A stretch of DNA of 32,000 bases from Halogeometricum borinquense DSM 11551 (GCF_000172995.2 NC_014729.1:1410001-1442000); one strand, 5' to 3'; numbered from the stretch's first letter, positions 6,931 through 16,026 are shown. The notes: a model not told the origin generated them from the letters alone. A program made the numbers and translations.

Positions 6931-9348
6931 ATGACGACCGATTCACAACCCCGACTACTGGACGACCCGACCGCCGAACTCCTCGCGTGGCATCGAGACG
7001 TTGTCTCGGATCACGACGACGACTTCGAGGCGGCGACGGTCCTTACCGACCGCCTCGGCGCGCATCTCGATGCTGAGGGCCGCGTCGAAGTCGGGTTCTG
7101 GACGCCCGACATCGTTGAGGCAGGCGTCTCCGCTGCCGACGTGTTCCTCGAAGTGTTCACGCCGACCGGGACAATCGACCCCGCCGAGACGGACGCCCGC
7201 ACGGTGACGTTCCGCCGCGAACGCGTGCCACTCCGCCGTGAAGGCGAGTTCCACTGGGGAGTTGTCGCCGGGATGCGTGCTGGGACACGCGACAGACTCG
7301 GGTCACTCTACCATCTCACCTACCGCGAGGATGGCGAGTGGCGCGTCGTGACCGATCCGCTCGCGTACTCCGTTCCGTTCGGCGCGTTCGCGCCCGCTGA
7401 GTTGTACGATATCGACCGCTTGGACGAGACACGCGCAGACCGTGCATATTTCGAGTCGCTCGGAACCGCCGACGAACGCGTCTCTACATCCGAACACGAC
7501 GGACTGCCGCGAATCGACCCCGCGGTGAGCATGCTGGAGATTCATCCCGGAACTGCGACCGAAACCGGGTCACTCGCGGGTCTCGCGGACGTGTACGCCG
7601 AAATCGGGCGGAAGAAGCGTGCGGGTGACCCGCTCGAACCGTGGGAACGAAACTTCGACGGCTACGACGCGATTCAGGTGATGCCCGTCGAACCGCTCAC
7701 CGAGAACGAGGAGACACACGAGTTCTGGTCGGTCGTCTCGGAATCAGACGGCGCACTCACCGTCGAACTCGCACGACCGGATGCGATAAACTGGGGCTAC
7801 GACATCGTCGTCAGTGCGTTCTCCGCGCCGAACCCGGCTATTCTCGAAACCGGTCGGCCGGACGAACTCGTGGATTTCATCGCCGCGTGCCACGACCTGC
7901 CGCGGCCAATCAAGGTCGTCTTCGACGTTGCGCTCGGCCACGCCGACAATCGGGGTGCGGAACTGCTCGCAGACCGGTATATCCTCGGTCCGGGGATGTA
8001 CGGCAAACATCTCGACTACACCGAACCGACCGCTCGCGCCGTCTTCTTGGAGATGCAGAAGCGCAAGATGGACTTCGGTGCCGACGGTATCCGCGTGGAC
8101 GGCGCGCAGGACTTCACCTCCTACGACGAGGAGACGAGCGAGATGTACCACGACGACGACTTCCTCGCGGAGATGGACGCCGTGACGCAGAACGTCGCCG
8201 GTACCGAGTATCGCCCGTGGATGATCTACGAGGACGGCCGTCCGTGGCCCCGCGAGGACTGGGAACTCGCTTCTTCTTATCGCGCTCTCATCGAGCAACA
8301 CCCTCACTCGTTCCAGTGGTCGCCGATCACGTTCGCACACAACACGCCCGCGCTCCTCACCTTCTGGGCGACGAAATGGTGGCGCGTCCGCGAAGTGGGC
8401 GAGTTCGGCGGCAACTGGATAACCGGCGTCGCCAACCACGACACGGTGCGCCGCGGGACGCAGATCGACCCCACAGTCGAGTTCAACCAGTCGCCGGTCA
8501 ATCCGTATCTGGGCGACGACTATCCCGAGACACTGGACGCGGCATACGACAATCCCGCCGCGGCGATGCTGTTTCACTGTTTCCTGCCGGGCGTTCCGAT
8601 GGACTTCGTCCACGCTAATATGCGCGCGCCGTGGGGGTTCGTCCGCGATACGGATCCCGAGTGGAACGTCAAAGTCGTCGCCGACGAGTCGAACTTCCTC
8701 TACTGGCAGGTGCGCGAGACGGACTTTTCCGCCACCGAACACTTCCGCCGCGTGAAGGACCTCGGTTTCGATTCGGTGGACGAACTCCACTCGTTCATGG
8801 ACGCTCTCTCGGCCGCCGTGGAGGCGACAGACTACGAGGTGGACGTGATGGCCGACATGCTGTCCGCGATGGATCACCCGCTCGGCACCGACCTGGTGCC
8901 GTCTGACCTCGAAACCTACGCCGACGCGTGGATGCGCGACGTGTTCGACTTTGCTACCCTCTCGAACTGGCACGACGCGCAGGACGAGGACCGTACGGCC
9001 GCCCGACTGGCGACGCGTGAGTTCCGCCACGACCGCCCGTGGCTTCGAGACGACTTGCGCGAGGGCGATTACTTCACCTACCGTCATCCGACGGATGGAA
9101 CAGTGCTGTACTACGGTTTCCGCACCGCGCCCAATGGCGAGGAACAACTCCTCTTTGCGGCCAACATGGAGGGGGTTCCAGTCGAGGTGTCTCCCGACAT
9201 CCTCGCCGCCGACGCCGCCGAAGACGCGAACGCACCCGAGATTCCGACTGCGGGGTGGGAACCGGTGTTGACGGCACCACATCTCGCCACCGAAACCGGT
9301 GTCAAACTGAATACCGCCGACGCGATAGTGTGGCGACGGGTGCCATGA
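6931..9348 (+). CDS. Divergent GH13-superfamily alpha-glucan enzyme (branching enzyme / TreZ / isoamylase-like architecture), 805 aa
   Basis: The N-terminus is E-set-like (RVEVGFWTPDIVEAG ... VTDPLAYSVPFG). It is followed by YDAIQVMPVEP ... NWGYDIVVSAFSAP, VVFDVALGHAD (region I), GADGIRVDGAQDF (region II), MIYEDG (region III), GVANHDTVRRG (region IV). A ~30-aa insertion separates the MPVEP and NWGYD motifs. No signal peptide. Confidence 0.8.
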   Translation: MTTDSQPRLLDDPTAELLAWHRDVVSDHDDDFEAATVLTDRLGAHLDAEGRVEVGFWTPDIVEAGVSAADVFLEVFTPTGTIDPAETDARTVTFRRERVPLRREGEFHWGVVAGMRAGTRDRLGSLYHLTYREDGEWRVVTDPLAYSVPFGAFAPAELYDIDRLDETRADRAYFESLGTADERVSTSEHDGLPRIDPAVSMLEIHPGTATETGSLAGLADVYAEIGRKKRAGDPLEPWERNFDGYDAIQVMPVEPLTENEETHEFWSVVSESDGALTVELARPDAINWGYDIVVSAFSAPNPAILETGRPDELVDFIAACHDLPRPIKVVFDVALGHADNRGAELLADRYILGPGMYGKHLDYTEPTARAVFLEMQKRKMDFGADGIRVDGAQDFTSYDEETSEMYHDDDFLAEMDAVTQNVAGTEYRPWMIYEDGRPWPREDWELASSYRALIEQHPHSFQWSPITFAHNTPALLTFWATKWWRVREVGEFGGNWITGVANHDTVRRGTQIDPTVEFNQSPVNPYLGDDYPETLDAAYDNPAAAMLFHCFLPGVPMDFVHANMRAPWGFVRDTDPEWNVKVVADESNFLYWQVRETDFSATEHFRRVKDLGFDSVDELHSFMDALSAAVEATDYEVDVMADMLSAMDHPLGTDLVPSDLETYADAWMRDVFDFATLSNWHDAQDEDRTAARLATREFRHDRPWLRDDLREGDYFTYRHPTDGTVLYYGFRTAPNGEEQLLFAANMEGVPVEVSPDILAADAAEDANAPEIPTAGWEPVLTAPHLATETGVKLNTADAIVWRRVP

Positions 9349-9400
9349 ATCCTATCGCAACCCGCAAACCCTGAATACCCGCAGTTCAAACTACCACACT

Positions 9401-9649
9401 GTGACCGAGACGTACGTCTGCCCGCACTGCGGCACGACCCAAGAGCGAGCTTACCGGGTCAAACTCATCATCGTCACATGCCCAGAGTGCGGCGAGAACG
9501 GCCGACACGTCCACGAGTCGTACGTAGACCTCTTGGATGAGGTACCCGAAGAGGAGAAACCCGACGAGTGGGATCGGATGCCTCTCGACGAGCGACTTCT
9601 CGATGCGGTAAAACGCGGCCTCGTCGATATCGACGTGGGACTCTACTGA
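9401..9649 (+). CDS. Small CPxCG-type zinc-finger protein (82 aa)
   Basis: GTG start. Two Cys pairs (CPHCG and CPECG) and an acidic C-terminal half, typical of haloarchaeal small zinc-finger proteins. Third-position GC is good. The 3' end overlaps the convergent GT-C gene by 7 nt. Confidence 0.6.
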   Translation: MTETYVCPHCGTTQERAYRVKLIIVTCPECGENGRHVHESYVDLLDEVPEEEKPDEWDRMPLDERLLDAVKRGLVDIDVGLY

Positions 9650-11824
9650 CGATCCGAGGCTGTCGCCGCCATCTCCACGGACACGCCAGATACGTACTCT
9701 CCGTCGGGGCCGACCCATGTTCCTTCGGTACCGCACTCGGTTGTTAGCCGGCAGACACGCGTCTCCGGTGGCCATATCACCTGTATCTCTTCCTCAGCGG
9801 CGCTGACTGTCGCCTCCTGTCGGTACGTCACGCTCGCTCCGCCCTGTCCGACGAACGTCACGACGAGGTCAACCTCCGACGCGCCGTCCGGAAGTGGAAC
9901 CGTCGCTCCCGCAGGTCCGGACGCGAAGTCGAGGTTTCGAATACGGGCTCCCTCGGCGGTGATGGCCCATTCGACCGGAATCGTCTCGTTCGTCCGCATC
10001 GACGCCGGAACACGGTATCGCGCGTACCCTGCTGTCGTTTCGATGCGGACGCTGACGCTTTCGGCGTTCACGGGGATCCCAACTGTCGTCGTCGCGTTCA
10101 CTGCTGACCCGGAGAGGACGCGAAGTCGCCGAATATCGGAGTTCACCGGCCGCACTGCACCGGTCCACTCCCCGCGGTAGGTGAATCGGTAGGGCGTCCG
10201 ATTCGTCGCCGCCACCACGTCGAAGTCCCCGCTCTGGCGACCCGTCGGTGGCGTAGACGACCGCTCCGTCGAATCCGGGTTCTGACCGGAGGTACTGAAA
10301 CGGGTGGGCCTGCCAGTCGCCGTAGGGATCGGGCGTGAATACGAGCGCGTCGTCGAACGCTGTCCCGTCAGATGCGTTCGACGCCCGTTCAACGAACGGT
10401 TCGTACGTCGCTGTCAGACTCTCCGTGCGCTGGCGATTCTCGGAGAACGGGCCGTCGATGACGCGCTGTTCGGCGCTGACGACGACGGGCGCGGCGAGGA
10501 GTAGGAGGACGGCAACGGCGACGCGGGCACGCCGTCGCGTGGTTCGTTCGGCCAGCCAACGTCGGACGAATCGGACGAGAGCGACTGCACCGGCGGCGGC
10601 GAAGACGCTCACCGGGAGGAGAACGTCAAAGTGGTAAAACGGCCCCAGAAGGTCGATAAGCTCGTTTCGTAGGCCGTTGAGCGTCCCCCAGAAGTACGCC
10701 TCGCCGAGGAAGACAGCGGGGAAGACACCCGCGACGACGGCGGCGACTTCGCCACCTGTCATGCCGGAGAGTGAGGGTCGGTAGACTCGAATCGACTCCC
10801 CCCACCGCCACGCCGCCGTTCCGATACCGAGGACAGCGAGAAGCGAGCCAAGAACTCCCGCGGGCGTCCACTCGGTGAGGAAGAATTCGAAGACGAAGAC
10901 GGTCGTTTCGGCGGCCAACGCGGGCGTGTAGTTCCGGTCGTAGCCGAGTATCTCGTGCGGGCCGAAGCCAATTCCGTCGTTCGGCGCAAACGCCGCATAC
11001 GGGAACAACAGCGGGTCACCGGTCACGACAGCGTTGTAGCCGAGGGCGATGACGACGCCAAGCGCGCCGGGAACAGCGATTGCGACGGCGCGCTTGAAGA
11101 CGCGCCGGAACGCCGGGTCGAACGTGTCGTCTCCGGTTCGCAGACCAGTGACGAGGACGGCCAGCGTGTGGAGAATGAAGGGAATTGCGAACAGGACGGC
11201 TGTGTAGGGCCGCGCGAAGAACGCGAGGCCAACTGCGGCTCCCGACGCGACGGCCCAGCGGAGACTGTCGGTTCTGGCGGCACGGACGTACGCGACGGCA
11301 AACGCGAGATTCAGCATCGTCGCCGGGGCGTACGAGAGAAACGTCGCGGAGGTGAGCAAAAACAGGGGGGAGGCGGCGAGCGCAACGACGGCGACGAGGC
11401 CGACGCGGCGGTCGAACGCCGCCGATCCGAGGTAGTAGACGCCCGCGGCGTTCCCGGCCGCGACGAGTCCGAGCGCGATATTCCAGTCTCCGAGGAGATG
11501 CCCGACGGTGAATATCGCCGGGACGACTGGCGAGTACTTGCCGTACATCGCTATTTCGCCGCCAACTTCGCGGATGACGAAGAACCACGGCCGGACGGCG
11601 TCAGTCGGAATCGCGCCGGGTCTGAGAAACAGTTTCCCCTCTAACAGCATCGCTGCCTGATACAGGTAGACACCCTCGTCGTCGTTGACCGAGTGGTACG
11701 GAAACAGATCGAGTGCCAGCCAGAAGACGAGCAGGCCGACGGCGGCGACGAGAACTGCGGCGACGGCGCGTTCGGGGTGCCGTCGGAGAGACTCGCGCAA
11801 TCGAAGGTGCGAGAACCGAGACAC
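9643..11824 (-). pseudogene. GT-C fold membrane glycosyltransferase (PMT_2 / ArnT-like) with a C-terminal beta-rich soluble domain, interrupted by a +1 frameshift
   Basis: ORF 9869..11824(-) is a convincing polytopic GT-C protein (FPYHSVNDDEGVYLYQAAMLLEG, many TM helices) down to ...GFDGAVVYATDGSPE, then becomes Arg-rich nonsense. ORF 9643..10392(-) is Ser/Thr/Arg-rich nonsense until ...GDFDVVAATNRTPYRFTYRGEW, then is protein-like to its stop. The frames swap at the C4/G4 run at 10227-10230. Start codon is GTG at 11824. Confidence 0.7.
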
Positions 11825-11855
11825 GGTGCGTTAGTTGCCGTACTTCGAGCCGTCT

Positions 11856-12025
11856 TCCGGCCGCTGCTCTCGCGGGCATGTTCGTTGCTTCACCGCGCTC
11901 GCAACGAACTCCCGCTCGTCCGCTCGCGGGAACGCCGTCACTTCGCTTCGCTCGTGACGAGTTCCCGCTCGTTTGCGGCTTGCGTCCTCGCTCATTGCTC
12001 GGCCTCCGGCCGCTGCTCTCGCGGG
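11856..12025. repeat. Perfect 21-bp direct repeats (11856-11876 and 12005-12025) flanking a 128-bp hairpin-rich insert
   Basis: TCCGGCCGCTGCTCTCGCGGG occurs twice, 149 bp apart. The upstream (coding) copy forms the present C-terminus of the ABC ATPase. The downstream copy is a relic in the same reading frame. Confidence 0.8.
11884..11989 (-). repeat. Two tandem ~53-nt units, each carrying two stem-loops
   Basis: Unit 1 starts at 11884 and unit 2 at 11937. Unit 1 reads GTTGC-N12-GCAAC GAACTCCCGCTCGT...; unit 2 reads GTCAC-N12-GTGAC GAGTTCCCGCTCGT.... Second hairpins are CCCGC-N10-GCGGG (11911-11930) and CCGC-N6-GCGG (11965-11978). Confidence 0.6.
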
Positions 12026-13179
12026 AACCATGCCAACTCGTGCCCAGCATCGATTTCCACCGCGACGGGTCCGTCGTCGGGAACGTCCTCGTCGTGATTG
12101 TGCATGCACTGGACGCGTTCACCCGTCTCTAACTCCACCTCGTAGAGGAATGTCGGGCCGAGGTAGCGACGGGCGACGACGCGTCCGCTGGGTTCTTCAC
12201 CGGGTTCACAGGCGCGTGCGGACACGTCGTCGGGACGGACGAGCACGTCAATACGAGTATTGTCGTATTCGGCGGCAAGACCGTGAATCTGTTCGCGCGG
12301 GAGATTTCCGAGGTCCGTCTCCACGCGGTCGCCCGAGACGTATCCGGGGATGAAGCTCGCGTAGCCGAGGAATCCGGCGACGAAGCGCGACTTTGGGTGT
12401 TGGAAGACGCTCTCCGGCTCGCCGACCTGTTCGAGGTTGCCGTCGTTCATCACGGCCACGCGGTCGGAGATGGACAGCGCCTCCTCTTGGTCGTGCGTGA
12501 CGGAGATGGCTGTCACGCCCGCTTCCTTCAGGATACGGCGGACTTCCTCGCGCATCTGCACGCGCAGGTCAACGTCGAGATTCGAGAACGGTTCGTCGAG
12601 GAGGAGGATGTCAGGCTCGGGGGCAAGCGAACGCGCGAGGGCGACGCGCTGTTGCTGGCCACCGGAGAGTTCGTCGGGATAGCTGTCGCCCTGCCGGGGC
12701 AGGTCCACGAGTTCCAGCAGTTCGTCAACGCGCTGTTCGGTTTCCGCGTCGGAGCGGTCTGCCAGTCCGAACGCGATGTTCTCGCGGGCGGTAAGGTGCG
12801 GGAACAGCGCGAACTCTTGGAAGACAACGCCGACGCCGCGTTCTTCCGGCGGGACGAACTCGGTCCCGGAGACGACCCGGCCGTTCAGTCGGACGGCACC
12901 GCCGTCGGGCCGTTCCAGTCCGGCGAGGAGTCTGAGTGTGGTCGTCTTCCCGCATCCGGAGGGACCGAGGAGCGTGAGAATTTCACCCTCGCGGACGGAA
13001 AGCGACAGGTCGTGGATAACCGTCTCCGTGCCGTACGACTTCTTGAGCCCATCGAGTTCGAGGACGGCTTCTGATTCTGACCTCGTCTCCGAATCGGACG
13101 CTGACGCCGATTGGTCGTTCATCTGTTGATTCGGCTCTCCCTGAAACCGGGTTGTGGTTGTGGATGTGCTATTTGACAT
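11992..13179 (-). CDS. ABC transporter ATP-binding protein (PotA/FbpC-like, with C-terminal TOBE-like domain)
   Basis: Walker A GPSGCGKTT, signature LSGGQQQRVALAR, Walker B ILLLDEPFS, H-loop SVTHDQ. The track ORF begins at a TTG (13239). ATG 13179 (MSNSTS, overlapping the permease stop by 11 nt) or ATG 13122 (MNDQ) is more likely. Confidence 0.9.
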   Translation of the reverse strand: MSNSTSTTTTRFQGEPNQQMNDQSASASDSETRSESEAVLELDGLKKSYGTETVIHDLSLSVREGEILTLLGPSGCGKTTTLRLLAGLERPDGGAVRLNGRVVSGTEFVPPEERGVGVVFQEFALFPHLTARENIAFGLADRSDAETEQRVDELLELVDLPRQGDSYPDELSGGQQQRVALARSLAPEPDILLLDEPFSNLDVDLRVQMREEVRRILKEAGVTAISVTHDQEEALSISDRVAVMNDGNLEQVGEPESVFQHPKSRFVAGFLGYASFIPGYVSGDRVETDLGNLPREQIHGLAAEYDNTRIDVLVRPDDVSARACEPGEEPSGRVVARRYLGPTFLYEVELETGERVQCMHNHDEDVPDDGPVAVEIDAGHELAWFPREQRPEAEQ

Positions 13180-14776
13180 CGTATCCTTCCTGCGTGATGA
13201 TAACGAGCATCGACAGCCCTGAGACGAAGAGAAGGACAAGCGCCGGAATCGCCGCCTGTCCGAAGTACCCCGACTCGTACGCTGTCCAAATGTGCGTCAC
13301 GAGCGTCTTAAACCCCGACGGCCGGAGCAACAGCGTCGCCGGGAGTTCCTTCATCGTCGTGAGAAACACCAGCGCCGCGCCGCCGAACAGGCCGGGGGCG
13401 ACCAACGGGAGCGTGACGTGCCGGAACGCACCAATCGAGGTTCGCCCGAGCGTCCGCGCTGCTTCGGGAAGCGAGGGATCAACTCGCAGGAACGAAGCAC
13501 GGAGCGACCCGACCGCTTGGGGCAAAAACCGGATGACGTAGGCGAACACGAGCAGATAGAGCGACGGGTAAACCGGAGCGCCGACCGAACTCCCGAAGTA
13601 GACTAACGCGAGGCCGAGGACGACGCCGGGGACGGCGTAGCCGACGTACGTCGCGCGCTCGAACAGCGGCGACAGCCGGTTGCTGTGCCGCGCCGAGAGA
13701 TACGCCACGGGAAGGCCTGCAACGATGGCGGCGAGGGCCGCGCCAGTCGAGACGGAGATGGAGTTAAAGACGTACTGCCACTCGAATGCGAGCGACTGGT
13801 TGACCGCCGCGTTCGACGTCCCGAGCCACGTCACCAAAATACCGAGCGGGACGACGAGCGCGAGTCCAGCGACGGCCGCACAGAACATCATCGCGGGAAG
13901 CTTCCAAACACCGAGCGGAACCACATCCCGTGACCGGCCACCGCCGGACGTGCGCTCCTCGCCGCGAACACGCGACTCCAACCAGAGGATGATGAACGTC
14001 ACGCCAACCAGTTGCAGTGAGAGTAACGTCGCGGTGTCGCGGCCGAACGTGCCGAACTCGACGTAGATGACGCGTGTGAACACGTCGTACCGCATGATAG
14101 ATGGAGTCCCAAAGTCAGAGAGGACGTAGAGGCCCGCGAGCAACGACCCGGCCGCAACGGCGGGTCGAATCTGCGGCACGGTGACGCGTTTGAACGCCTC
14201 CCAGCGACCGTGTTCGAGCGTCCGAGCGGCGTCGATGAGCGTCGTATCCATCGACTTCAGCGACGCACGCGCCGTGATGTAGACGTACGGGTACGTGTAG
14301 AGCGTCAACACCAACACGGTGCCTTGCAACCCGTATATCTCGGGGAGTTGTTCGACGCCAAGCGGTGCGAGGACGCGCTGGAGATCTCCTCGTGGACCGA
14401 ACGCCGAGACGAACGCGAACGCCCCGATGTAACTCGGGATGACGAGCGGTAACGAGACGGCGACCGTCCAAAAGCGTCGGAACGGCAGATCCGTTCGGAC
14501 GGTCAGGTAGGCAAGCGGGACGCCCAACAGGATGCACGCCGCCGTCGTCAGCGCGACGAGGATGGTACTGTTGACGAAGACATCGAGCGTTGTCGGGCGT
14601 GTGAGCAGCGACAGCGCCTCCGAAAGCCCCACTTCGAGGCTGGATTTCACCAGCCAAAGCAGGGGGAGGACGACGGCCGCCGCGACTGCGCCACTGGCGA
14701 TAGTCAGACCGAGTGGTGCGTCGGTTCCCTCGTCGGGGCCTCGGTCGTCGGTCGCGGTTCGCTGCTCTGTTGCCAT
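13169..14776 (-). CDS. ABC transporter permease, fused double-domain (FbpB/ThiP-type)
   Basis: 535 aa and highly hydrophobic. It has two EAA-type loops, one per half: DAARTLEHGRWEAFKRVTVPQIRPA and EAARTLGRTSIGAFRHVTLPLVAPG. ATG start lies 9 nt after the SBP stop. Confidence 0.9.
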   Translation of the reverse strand: MATEQRTATDDRGPDEGTDAPLGLTIASGAVAAAVVLPLLWLVKSSLEVGLSEALSLLTRPTTLDVFVNSTILVALTTAACILLGVPLAYLTVRTDLPFRRFWTVAVSLPLVIPSYIGAFAFVSAFGPRGDLQRVLAPLGVEQLPEIYGLQGTVLVLTLYTYPYVYITARASLKSMDTTLIDAARTLEHGRWEAFKRVTVPQIRPAVAAGSLLAGLYVLSDFGTPSIMRYDVFTRVIYVEFGTFGRDTATLLSLQLVGVTFIILWLESRVRGEERTSGGGRSRDVVPLGVWKLPAMMFCAAVAGLALVVPLGILVTWLGTSNAAVNQSLAFEWQYVFNSISVSTGAALAAIVAGLPVAYLSARHSNRLSPLFERATYVGYAVPGVVLGLALVYFGSSVGAPVYPSLYLLVFAYVIRFLPQAVGSLRASFLRVDPSLPEAARTLGRTSIGAFRHVTLPLVAPGLFGGAALVFLTTMKELPATLLLRPSGFKTLVTHIWTAYESGYFGQAAIPALVLLFVSGLSMLVIITQEGYDVK

Positions 14777-14785
14777 GGGTGGTCG

Positions 14786-15970
14786 TTAGAGGACGCCGGT
14801 CTCCCTGAGGAGTCGAATGGTTCCTTCGAGGTCCGACAACTGTGCCAGGTCTAACTCTTGGGGTGGGTTCAACTCGTCGATCGTCGGCAGGCGACCGATT
14901 GGCTCGATTTCGGGTACGAGCGGGTACTCGAACGTCGTTCGCGCGAAGTAGTCCTGTGCTTCCGCCGAGAGGAGGTGGCGGACGAAGTTCGACGCCAGCG
15001 AGGTGTCTTTGGCGGTGTCGAGGACACACGCACCGGCGACGTTGAACACGGCCCCGGCGTCACCTTTCGTGAACGTGGTTCGGAGCGGCGTGCTCAGACC
15101 GCGGCGGGCGAGGACGCGCTGGATGTAGTAGTGGTTCGTGAATCCGGCCGAAATCTCGCCGTCTGCGACAGCGCGGGCGACTTGGAACTCGTCGCCGTAC
15201 TGGCTCACACCGAGGTCTTGGATCCCTTTCAGCCACTTGCGTGTCGCGTCCTCGCCTTCGAGGATGCGCATCGCCGTGATGAACGCTTGGAACGAGGAGT
15301 ACGTGGGTGCCCAGCCGAGTTCGCCTTCGAAGTTCGACTGGTCGGGGAACGACATGATGTCGTCCGGGATGTCCGATTCTTTGAACGTGTTCGTGTTGTA
15401 CGGTACCGACCGCGCGCGGCCGGAGGAACCGACCCACATCCCATCGGAGTCGCGGAAGCTCTTCGGGACGAACTCCAACACTTCCTGCGGCAGCGACTGC
15501 GTCCGCTCGCGCTGTTTCAGCGCGCCGAGCGCGCCGGCGTTGACCGAGTAAAACACGTCCGCAGGACTGTTCTGTCCCTCGGTCGCAATCTGATTGACGA
15601 GTTCGGCCGCCGAGTTGTAGAGCGGGCGGACGGTGAAGTCGGGGTAGAGGTCCTCGATATAGGAGATGAGTTCACCGACCAGTGCCTCTCCGCGACCCGA
15701 GTACAGCGTGAGTTCGCCCTCCAAATCGGGCATCTCGGCCATCGAGACGCCGCCGGAGATATCCCGGTCGCCGAACGGTGACCGACCCGACCCGATTTGG
15801 CCGGGGCTTTGCTCGGTGGTTGTCTCGTTCCCTCCGTTCCCCGTCTCTGTTGCTGTGCCGTCGTTCGAGAGTCCGTTACAGCCCGCGACGCCGATGATGC
15901 CCGCGGCCGCGGCGGCTTGAAGGAATCGTCGCCGACTCCGGCCGCGATGCTCGCCGTCCTGCTGATCCAT
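14786..15970 (-). CDS. ABC transporter substrate-binding lipoprotein (iron(III)/thiamine-type SBP fold), Tat-exported
   Basis: Twin-arginine motif SRRRFLQ, lipobox VAGC, and a Thr/Asn/Gly-rich tether, followed by a type-II SBP-like body. Substrate is not determinable from sequence. Confidence 0.85.
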   Translation of the reverse strand: MDQQDGEHRGRSRRRFLQAAAAAGIIGVAGCNGLSNDGTATETGNGGNETTTEQSPGQIGSGRSPFGDRDISGGVSMAEMPDLEGELTLYSGRGEALVGELISYIEDLYPDFTVRPLYNSAAELVNQIATEGQNSPADVFYSVNAGALGALKQRERTQSLPQEVLEFVPKSFRDSDGMWVGSSGRARSVPYNTNTFKESDIPDDIMSFPDQSNFEGELGWAPTYSSFQAFITAMRILEGEDATRKWLKGIQDLGVSQYGDEFQVARAVADGEISAGFTNHYYIQRVLARRGLSTPLRTTFTKGDAGAVFNVAGACVLDTAKDTSLASNFVRHLLSAEAQDYFARTTFEYPLVPEIEPIGRLPTIDELNPPQELDLAQLSDLEGTIRLLRETGVL

Positions 15971-15975
15971 ATCAT

Positions 15976-15991
15976 TTTAGGCAACCCTAAA
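15976..15991. promoter_or_regulatory. Palindromic operator candidate TTTAGG-CAAC-CCTAAA between the TATA-like box and the SBP start codon
   Basis: A perfect 6+6 inverted repeat 5 nt upstream of ATG 15970. A TATA-like AGTATAAG (minus strand, 15995-16002) lies just upstream, with TTCCGATTC at 16003-16011. Confidence 0.55.
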
Positions 15992-16026
15992 TTGCTTATA
16001 CTTTCCGATTCAAGAGGACCGTTCGG

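Noticed and set aside
7744-9282. 512-aa ORF antisense to the 805-aa GH13 gene. Similar long ORFs occur at 14115..15029(-), 14858..15781(+), 19164..20264(-), 26789..28609(+), 29744..30667(-), 29830..31125(+), 2779..3558(-) and 945..1646(+).
   Set aside because: They are Arg/Pro/Gly/His-rich, basic and lack motifs, and each overlaps a gene with clear family signatures. These are typical shadow ORFs of high-GC DNA. Haloarchaeal proteins are acidic.
11831-12109. 92-aa ORF spanning the repeat insert on the minus strand
   Set aside because: Most of it overlaps the ATPase in another frame or reads through the hairpin repeats (Arg-rich). Only its last 16 codons (PREQRPEDGSKYGN) look meaningful, as the relic of the ATPase C-terminus.
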